Positions 34,100-42,039 of a DNA stretch of 42,039 bases are shown here, piece after piece (within the stretch, counting starts at the first letter, position 1; every line of letters starts with the position of its first letter). Position numbers and translations under genes: made by a program. This DNA comes from an uncultured Eubacteriales bacterium (GTDB taxonomy: Bacteria > Bacillota > Clostridia > Christensenellales > Aristaeellaceae), in NCBI GenBank assembly GCA_900318045.1, contig ONJE01000002.1, positions 1 through 42,039 on the forward strand, in the 5' to 3' direction. Under the pieces are notes generated by a model. That model did not search any database and was not told the DNA's origin. It was given only the letters and a program-made list of their open reading frames with translations.

Positions 34100-36826
34100 A
34101 TGGAAAAACAGCAGGAATTCAACATGGAAAAGGTGTTCCAGCCCAACCAGGTGGAAAGCCGCATCTATGACATGTGGGAGCACTCCGGCGCCTTCAAGCC
34201 CGTGGTGGACCCGGAGAAAAAGCCCTTTGTGATCGTGATGCCACCGCCGAACATCACCGGCCAGCTGCACATTGGCCACGCGCTGGACGAAATGCCCCAG
34301 GATGTACTGATCCGGTATCATCGCATGAAGGGCGACCCGACGCTGTGGGTGCCGGGCACCGACCACGCCGCCATCGCCACCGAGGTGAAGGTGGTGGACG
34401 CCCTGCGCAAGGAGGGTCTGACCAAAACCCAGATCGGGCGCGAAGCGTTTCTCGCGCGCACCTGGGAATGGAAGAAGGAATACGGCGGCAGGATTGTGCG
34501 CCAGCTGCGCAAGCTGGGCGTGTCCTGCGACTGGAGCCGCGAACGCTTCACGATGGACGAGGGCCTGTCCCGTGCCGTGCGGGAGACCTTCGTGCGCCTG
34601 TACGAAAAGGGCCTGATCTACCAGGGCAGCCGTATGATCAATTGGTGCCCCTGCTGCCAGACCTCCCTGTCCGACGCCGAGGTGGAATACGAGGCCAAGG
34701 ACGGCAACTTCTGGCACATACTGTACCCGGTGAAGGAGACAGGCGAGCTGCTGGAGCTGGCCACCACCCGCCCGGAGACCATGCTGGGCGACACCGCCGT
34801 GGCCATCAACCCCGAGGATGAGCGCTACGCCCACCTGCACGGCTGCCACGTGATGCTGCCACTGATCAACAAGGAGATCCCCATCGTCTGCGACGAGCAC
34901 GCCGACATGGAAAAGGGCACCGGCGTTGTGAAGATCACCCCCGCCCACGATCCCAACGACTTCGAGGTGGGCAAGCGCCACAGCCTGCCCATGGTGCGCG
35001 TGTTCACCTATGACGGCCACATGACTGGCAGTGCGGAGGCCGCCGAGAACGCCGAGCTGATCGCCAGCGGCCGTGCCTCCGTGGACGAGCCCACCGTGCT
35101 GGACTGCGGCAAGTATGCCGGCATGACCACGCTGGACGCCCGCAAGGCCATCGTGGAGGACCTGAAGGCCCTGGGTCTGCTCAAGTCCATCGAGCCCCTG
35201 AACCATGAGGTGGGCACCTGCTACCGCTGCCACACCGTGGTGGAGCCCATGGTCTCCAAACAGTGGTTCGTGAAGATGAAGCCCCTGGCTGAGCCCGCCT
35301 GCCAGGTGGTGTACGATAAGAAGCTGCGCTTCATCCCGGAGCGCTTTGAAAAGACATACCTGCACTGGATGGAGAACACCCGCGACTGGTGCATCAGCCG
35401 CCAGCTGTGGTGGGGCCACCGAATCCCCGCCTTCTACTGCGACGACTGCGCCGAAACCTTCGTAACCCGTGAGGACATCACCACCTGCCCGAAGTGCGGC
35501 AAGCCTGTCCATCAGGACGAGGACGTGCTGGACACCTGGTTCTCTTCGGCGCTGTGGCCCTTCTCCACGCTGGGCTGGCCCGAGCAGACCGACGACTTCA
35601 AGTACTTCTACCCCAACACCGTGCTGTCCTGCGGCTACGACATCATCTTCTTCTGGCTGGCCCGCATGGTGTTCTCGGGCATCGAGCATACCGGCCAGAG
35701 CCCCTTTGAGGTGGCGTTGATGCACGGCCTGGTGCGCGACGCCCAGGGCCGGAAGATGTCCAAGTCGCTGGGCAACGGCATCGACCCCATCGAGGTCATT
35801 GACAAGTTCGGTGCGGACGCCCTGCGCTTCTCGCTGGTGATGGGTGTGGCTCCCGGCAGTGACATCCGCATGAGCGAGGAGAAGATCGAGTCCTTCCGCA
35901 ACTTCGCCAACAAGATCTGGAACGCCAGCCGCTTCGTGCTGATGAACCTCCAGGACTTTACGCCCAAGGGTATTGATGTTGGCAAGCTGTCCCTGGTGGA
36001 CAAGTGGATATTGACCCGCTACCAGGACACCGTGCGGGGTATCACTGATAACCTGGAGAACTACGACCTGGGTCTGGCTGCCACCAAGCTGTACGATTTC
36101 GTATGGAGCACCTTCTGCGACTGGTACATCGAGGCAGCCAAGCAGGGCCTGTACGCCGAGGAGGGCGACACCAAAGAGACCACCCGTGAGGTGTTGCTCT
36201 ACGTGCTCACCGGCATGCTGAAGCTGCTGCACCCGTACATGCCCTTCATCACCGAGGAGGTCTATTCCTACCTGCCCAACGCGGAAGGTATGCTGATCAG
36301 CGCCAGGTGGCCCGAAGTGAAGCCGGAGTACGACTTTGTCGACGAGGCCGCGCGCATGGAGGGCATCATGGAGGTCATTCGCGCCGTGCGCAACCTGCGC
36401 GCCGAGATGAACGTGCAGCCCGGTCGAAGGGCAACTCTGATCCTCAAGCCTCACGACGGCTGGAAGGATGCCCTGGTCAGCGCCGAGGGTTACTTCAAGC
36501 GCCTGGCCAGCGCCAGCGGCATTGAGCTGATCGATGCCGCCGCGAACAACCCGGAGAAGTCCGCTTCCGTGGTCACCGAGCCCTGCGAGCTGTTCATCCC
36601 CCTGGGCGAGCTGGTGGACGTGGAAAAGGAACTGAAACGCCTGGCCAAGGATCTGAAGGGCCTGACGGGCGAGATCGCCCGGGCCACCAACATGCTGGCC
36701 AACCCCGGCTTCGTCAGCAAAGCCCCGGCCCACTTGGTGGAGGCCGAGAAGGAGAAGCTGGAGACCAACAAGAAGCTGCTGGAAAAGCTGGAGGCTCGCA
36801 TCGCGGAGATGGAGAGCCTGAGGTAA
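34100..36826 (+). CDS. valS: valine--tRNA ligase
   Basis: 908 aa. HIGH motif PPPNITGQLHIGHAL, KMSKS motif GRKMSKSLGNG, and a C-terminal coiled coil. Confidence 0.95.
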   Translation: MEKQQEFNMEKVFQPNQVESRIYDMWEHSGAFKPVVDPEKKPFVIVMPPPNITGQLHIGHALDEMPQDVLIRYHRMKGDPTLWVPGTDHAAIATEVKVVDALRKEGLTKTQIGREAFLARTWEWKKEYGGRIVRQLRKLGVSCDWSRERFTMDEGLSRAVRETFVRLYEKGLIYQGSRMINWCPCCQTSLSDAEVEYEAKDGNFWHILYPVKETGELLELATTRPETMLGDTAVAINPEDERYAHLHGCHVMLPLINKEIPIVCDEHADMEKGTGVVKITPAHDPNDFEVGKRHSLPMVRVFTYDGHMTGSAEAAENAELIASGRASVDEPTVLDCGKYAGMTTLDARKAIVEDLKALGLLKSIEPLNHEVGTCYRCHTVVEPMVSKQWFVKMKPLAEPACQVVYDKKLRFIPERFEKTYLHWMENTRDWCISRQLWWGHRIPAFYCDDCAETFVTREDITTCPKCGKPVHQDEDVLDTWFSSALWPFSTLGWPEQTDDFKYFYPNTVLSCGYDIIFFWLARMVFSGIEHTGQSPFEVALMHGLVRDAQGRKMSKSLGNGIDPIEVIDKFGADALRFSLVMGVAPGSDIRMSEEKIESFRNFANKIWNASRFVLMNLQDFTPKGIDVGKLSLVDKWILTRYQDTVRGITDNLENYDLGLAATKLYDFVWSTFCDWYIEAAKQGLYAEEGDTKETTREVLLYVLTGMLKLLHPYMPFITEEVYSYLPNAEGMLISARWPEVKPEYDFVDEAARMEGIMEVIRAVRNLRAEMNVQPGRRATLILKPHDGWKDALVSAEGYFKRLASASGIELIDAAANNPEKSASVVTEPCELFIPLGELVDVEKELKRLAKDLKGLTGEIARATNMLANPGFVSKAPAHLVEAEKEKLETNKKLLEKLEARIAEMESLR

Positions 36827-36920
36827 GGGCCTGTGCAGAAATTATCCATACATTATGCTTGCCTCAATTCGCCATTGCGGCGTTGTCGTCGGTCAACGTG
36901 CCCCGGCACGCCTCCCTCCT
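36824..36920 (+). repeat. 97-bp direct repeat R1 (starts at valS stop codon)
   Basis: Hand alignment with 38021-38117 gives 91/97 identical with no gaps, at an offset of 1197 bp. Confidence 0.8.
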
Positions 36921-37960
36921 GATGCCTCAACGCTTCCACATATATCTCCCGCGGAAAATAGATCATGGTCCTGTCACCGTTGGTGATCGTGCCGATCGTC
37001 TCCAGCGGTCCTGCGGCGTCGAGTATACGATCATACGGCACTCCGAACACCGTCACCAGACATGCTGCACGTCCGTCGGGGAGGTACGCCTTCTCCTGTC
37101 CGGCGATGCAGCGCACGGTGACCTCGCAGTGCTCGTCGATCAGCGTGCCGAAGCTGTCGGGGTTCATGGTGTTGCGCAGCCGGGTGGGAATGCCCGCCAT
37201 GTCCACCGGGTCGAGGCACGCCGGATGCAGCACACGGGCCCCGGCCCGGGACAGCGCCCGCATCTGCCGGTAGCTGATGTGGGGAATGAGCTGCGCGTTC
37301 GGCACCAGGGCCGGGTCCGCAGTCATCACACCAGGCACATCGCTCCAGTTTTCATAAAGGTTCGCTTCCATGCCAGCGGCAGTCAGCGCGCCGGTGATGT
37401 CCGAGCCGTTCCGGGGCAGTATGTGAATGTTGCCAGCGGGATCGGCGCCATAGAACCCCGGCACCACGACGGGCTTATCAGACTTCACCAACCGCCGCAG
37501 GTTGTATCGCGTGCGCTCTTCGTCCAGCGTCCCGTCGGTATTGAAGGCGATCAGGTTGGCGGCGTCCACCATGGACAGGCTGGCATATCCTGAGAACGCC
37601 AGCGCGCAGAGGTATTCGCCGCGACTGAGGGTATGGGGCAGGGAGACGGCCACCGCGTTGTATATCGCCTTGCACACCGTGTCGGTCATGTCCGGGATGG
37701 CCAGGCCGATGCAGAGATCGCGAAAGCGCTGTGCCACCGCCGAGACCGCGCGGTCGAGGGCAGACGGGTGCTTCCGCGCGTCCCAACAGCGCTCCAGCAT
37801 CGTCGTGACCTTTTCAGGATGCAACGCATCGACGCCGGGGGCGGACACCACCACGCAGCGCCGGCCGGGCGGGGGAGGCACGGACGAGGCGGTCGATCCG
37901 TTTCAGGTTCTGTGGGTTGGCGGTGGAGCTGCCGCCGAATTTGGAAACGATGATTCCCAT
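36853..37960 (-). pseudogene. aspartate kinase, reading frame interrupted by a 1-nt frameshift
   Basis: ATG 37960 (GGAGG 37973-37969) gives MGIIVSKFGGSSTANPQNLKRIDRLVRAS (the kinase KFGGSS motif). The rest (RRCVVVSAPG...VVVPGFYG...GGSDITGA...) lies in ORF 36853..37881, which is +1 relative to the first frame. Removing one C from the C5 run (coding strand, 37875-37871) restores a single ORF. Confidence 0.75.
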
Positions 37961-38020
37961 GTGATAACCTCCGAGAAGATAGTCAAACAAACAAAAGCGC
38001 CTCATGACGCATCTGAAGGA

Positions 38021-38117
38021 TAAGGGCCTGTGCACAAATTATTCATACATTATACTTGCCTGAATCCGCCATTGCTGCGTTGTCGTCGGTCAACGTGCCC
38101 CGGCACGCCTCCCTCCT
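38021..38117 (+). repeat. 97-bp direct repeat R2
   Basis: See R1. It lies in the 5' leader region of the minus-strand aspartokinase gene. Confidence 0.8.
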
Positions 38118-38429
38118 CCTGTACGAATAATCTATGCACAGTCCCTAAGCCGCTGTCGCCTGGACCGATAGCCTTGCGGCAGATTCTCTTTCGTGCGTAT
38201 TGGCGCTTTCACTTCATACTATGCGCGCCGGGAATCGGGGTGCCCGCAATGTGCGCAAATCAATGGATATATATTAAAAATACATAAAAAAAAGGGTTTT
38301 TTCGTACAGATGTTGTATATATTAATATCGACGGCACAAGCAGGAAAATTGCATTTGCCGACGAATTAATATTTACTGTCATCTTCAAAATGGCCGGTCA
38401 ATGTGTATTATCATCCTGAGGGGCGCGTT

Positions 38430-40160
38430 ATGAACGGAAGGTTATCGGATGCCTGGCTGGAGGAACTGAGATCCCGCGTCAGCCTGGAGGAAGTGGTTTC
38501 CGAATACGTCCCCCTCAAACAAAAGGGCCGCAGGTTTTGGGGATGCTGCCCGTTCCACAACGAAAAGACGCCCTCGTTTTCCGTGGACAGCGAAGCGCAG
38601 CTGTACTACTGCTTTGGCTGCCACAAGGGCGGTACAGTCATCAACTTTGTGATGGACATGGAACGGATGGAATTCATGGATGCGGTGCGCCTGTTGGCGG
38701 ATCGCGCTCACATGGAGCTTCCCGAGCGAAGCTCTCCGTCCGGGCAGGCTGCATTCGATCGTGATGAGCGGGAGCGCATGTACGAGGCCAACCGGACCGC
38801 TGCCCGATATTACCACGACATGCTTTGGACCCAGGAGGGCGCAGAGGCGCTGAATTACCTCTACGGTCGCGGACTGAACGATTCGGACATCCGCCGCTTC
38901 GGCCTTGGAGCTTCACCCAAGGGCTGGGACAGCCTTTTAAGTCATTTGGAGGCCATGGGCTTTGAGGCGGCGCTGTTGGAGAAAACGGGACTTGTGGTGC
39001 GGCGGGACAACCGCCACTTCGACATGTTCCGTGGGCGGGTGATGTTTCCCATCATCAATGCCCAGGGCCGCGTGCTCGGCTTCGGAGGGCGCGCCATGGG
39101 CGATGCCAAACCCAAGTACCTGAACACGGCGGAGACGCCGATTTTCAACAAGCGCATGAATCTCTACGGACTGAACTTCGCAAAGAAAGAGCGGTCGGTG
39201 GGGCACCTGGTGCTGGTGGAGGGGTACATGGACACCGTCTCCCTGCGCAGGTATGGCGTACAGGGCGTGGTGGCCACGCTGGGCACCGCGTTGACCGAGG
39301 AACAGGCGCGGTTGATGAAGCGCTACGCACCCGAGGTGTGGATCAGCTATGACGGCGACGCCGCCGGCCAGAAGGCCGCGCTGCGCGCCTTGGATATCCT
39401 GGACGGACAGAACATCCCCGCGCGGGTGATCGACTATCCCGCGGGCATGGACCCGGACGATTTTATCAAGGCCAACGGGCTCAGCGGCTTCGAGGCGCTG
39501 CCCAAGCACGATTCAACCAGCTATCGCATGATCCGGGCGAGGGATGGCCTGGACCTTTCCGAACAGGAAGGCATGACGCAGTACGCGCTGCGCTGCTGCG
39601 GGATACTGAAAAACGTAAAAAGCCCCATCGACATGGAGAACCACCTGCGCAGGCTGGTGAACGAGACGGGGTACGACCGCGAGATATTGCTCAGACAGAT
39701 CGGCGCCACTCCCCAGGCGACGCCCCGGCAAGCGCCGCGGCAGCGCGCGCCTGTGGGAAAGGCGGCGACCGGCGTCGAGAAGGCGGAGCGGGAGCTCATC
39801 TCCATGCTCGCCGCGGGGCTGATTCCCGGGGATCTGCTGAAGCCCGGAGATTTCACCGATGCCGACCACTGCGCGCTGGCTCAGTGGCTGCTGTCGGGGA
39901 AGCCGGCCAGCGCCTATGTGGAAGACGTCGACAACGAGGCCGCGCGCCAGAAAATAATGCAGGCGCTCAACTATACACCCTTGCCGACTGAGCGGGAGAA
40001 GGCGTTGGAGGAGGCGGAGGAGTGCTTGCGCACGATACAGCGGGACAGGGATAGCCAACGATCGGAGCAGATCAAACAGCAGATCAACTCGGCATCCGCG
40101 GAACAAAAGGCCGAGATGTACCGTCGTATAATGGCTTCCATGAAAGATAACGAGAATTGA
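38430..40160 (+). CDS. dnaG: DNA primase
   Basis: Zn ribbon [13 protein letters not shown]...[11 protein letters not shown] polymerase core, and TOPRIM (LVEGYMD...DGDAAG). ATG 38430 lies 6 nt after GAGGGG; GTG 38403 is less likely. Confidence 0.92.
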   Translation: MNGRLSDAWLEELRSRVSLEEVVSEYVPLKQKGRRFWGCCPFHNEKTPSFSVDSEAQLYYCFGCHKGGTVINFVMDMERMEFMDAVRLLADRAHMELPERSSPSGQAAFDRDERERMYEANRTAARYYHDMLWTQEGAEALNYLYGRGLNDSDIRRFGLGASPKGWDSLLSHLEAMGFEAALLEKTGLVVRRDNRHFDMFRGRVMFPIINAQGRVLGFGGRAMGDAKPKYLNTAETPIFNKRMNLYGLNFAKKERSVGHLVLVEGYMDTVSLRRYGVQGVVATLGTALTEEQARLMKRYAPEVWISYDGDAAGQKAALRALDILDGQNIPARVIDYPAGMDPDDFIKANGLSGFEALPKHDSTSYRMIRARDGLDLSEQEGMTQYALRCCGILKNVKSPIDMENHLRRLVNETGYDREILLRQIGATPQATPRQAPRQRAPVGKAATGVEKAERELISMLAAGLIPGDLLKPGDFTDADHCALAQWLLSGKPASAYVEDVDNEAARQKIMQALNYTPLPTEREKALEEAEECLRTIQRDRDSQRSEQIKQQINSASAEQKAEMYRRIMASMKDNEN

Positions 40161-40183
40161 CCGGTCGAAAGGAGTGGCCCGGA

Positions 40184-41277
<1,094 letters not shown>

Positions 41278-41278
<1 letters not shown>

Positions 41279-41973
41279 TGGGCCGCAGAGGAGAGATTGC
41301 CCTCGATCCGCGCCTGTCGATGATCGCCCGAATGGTCGGTAAATGCGAATGCTGCGCCGACATCGGTTGCGACCACGGCAGGCTCGGCGCGTTTTTGCTT
41401 GAAACCGACCAGTGTCGGCAAATGGAACTGACCGATATCTCTGAACCCTCCCTGAAAAAGGCGCGCGCGCTGATTCGCGGACCGGGTTTTACAGACCGGG
41501 TTCGGTTCGCGGTGGGAGACGGATTGTCGGCTCTGGAGGGGAAGCCCGACGTCATCGTCATCGCGGGTATGGGCGGGGCGACCATTGCCCGGATATTGCA
41601 AGCCGACTTTGAACGCCTGCATGGGGCGCGACTGGTGCTCCAGCCCAACGTGGCCGCGCCACAGCTCAGGGAAGCGCTGTGCCGGTTGGGCTACGCCATC
41701 ACCGACGAGCGCATAGCCCAGGACGGCCGCAGGTGTTACGTCATCATCCAGGCGGAGCCGGGTAAAGCCGACTACAATCTGAAACAACTTGCAGTGGGGC
41801 CGGTGCTGCTGGAGCGGCTGCCCGAGGAATTGAAGCCCTATGCCCAATTCCGGCTCAGGGTAGCAAAGAAGGCTTTGAATGGGGCCGCAGCCTCTGATGA
41901 CAAGGCCAAGCGGGTCCCCCTGGAGCAAGAGATTGCAATATGGGAGGAGGTCTGCGCATGCCTGCAACGGTAG
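41278..41973 (+). CDS. trmK: tRNA (adenine22-N1)-methyltransferase TrmK
   Basis: 231 aa. The ADIGCDHGRLGAFLL SAM-binding motif and overall layout are typical of TrmK/YqfN. The ATG overlaps the sigA stop (TGATG). Synteny sigA-trmK-nif3 as in Bacillus. Confidence 0.85.
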
Positions 41974-42039
41974 CACAGATATTGGAGATTGTGAACAGCA
42001 TCGCTCCCTTCGAGCTGGCGGAGGAATGGGACAACGTGG
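41958..42039 (+). CDS. Nif3-like dinuclear metal centre protein (YqfO family), 5' partial
   Basis: MPATVAQILEIVNSIAPFELAEEWDNV resembles the conserved Nif3 N-terminus. GGGAGGAGG (41942-41950) lies upstream. Truncated by the window end. Confidence 0.6.
   Translation, partial: MPATVAQILEIVNSIAPFELAEEWDNV

Noticed and set aside
33452-36733. Very long antisense ORFs in the six-frame track. Examples are 33452..36733(-) at 1093 aa, 2097..3608(-), 6653..8434(-), 11094..12545(+), 18964..20382(-), 24791..26182(+), 39971..41239(-) and 40726..41976(-).
   Set aside because: Each lies opposite a gene with strong motif support (valS, pdp, Big_2 protein, rnr, glyA, HK, sigA, trmK). Their translations are low-complexity and rich in A/G/R/H/Q/L/V with no motifs. 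Stop-poor antisense frames are expected in GC-rich coding DNA.
38011-38300. Lysine riboswitch (L-box) upstream of the aspartokinase gene on the minus strand.
   Set aside because: The conserved L-box cores were not found by eye. Only a weak hairpin plus T-run is present. This needs cmsearch to be certain.

Overview
This is a GC-rich 42-kb chromosomal segment (roughly 60% GC by eye, not computed). It looks like a spore-forming Firmicute of the Clostridia: T-box and glycine-riboswitch leaders, a GerMN lipoprotein, dnaG-sigA-trmK-nif3 synteny, GGAGG Shine-Dalgarno sites, and TTGACA/TATAAT promoters in AT-rich spacers. I call 31 protein-coding genes (one partial at the right edge) plus one frameshifted gene. 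The content is mostly housekeeping. (1) Nucleoside/DNA metabolism: cobB-type sirtuin, hypoxanthine-DNA glycosylase, pdp, tdk, 5'-nucleotidase, a DEDDh exonuclease and a nuclease-XPD/DinG helicase. (2) RNA and translation: rnr, rluF, valS, trmK. (3) Replication and transcription: dnaG, sigA. (4) One-carbon, amino-acid and sugar metabolism: glyA, patB-like lyase, AsnB-like enzyme, aspartokinase, manA. (5) A cell-envelope block: OmpR-type RR plus HK plus triple-GerMN lipoprotein, two tandem DD-carboxypeptidases, an M23 peptidase, and a 1081-aa Big_2 x9/NlpC-P60 surface protein. Cis-RNA elements are a tandem glycine riboswitch in front of glyA and a Val-type T-box in front of a small membrane ORF and valS. 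I saw no rRNA, tRNA, CRISPR array, transposase, integrase or recognisable defence/toxin-antitoxin module, and I could not support a novel multi-gene system. The best leads are: (a) a single frameshifted aspartokinase gene bracketed by 97-bp direct repeats between valS and dnaG; (b) a MITE/REP-like repeat of about 140-160 bp with 18-21-bp terminal inverted repeats, present three times and always between convergent gene ends; (c) a thymidine kinase-GNAT fusion ORF; (d) a RecB/Cas4-like nuclease fused to an Fe-S XPD/DinG-type helicase; (e) a glycine riboswitch gating glyA rather than gcv genes. Many long ORFs in the six-frame track are antisense shadows of real genes (a GC-rich artefact) and are not reported. 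All similarity statements rest on motif recognition by eye; no database search was run.
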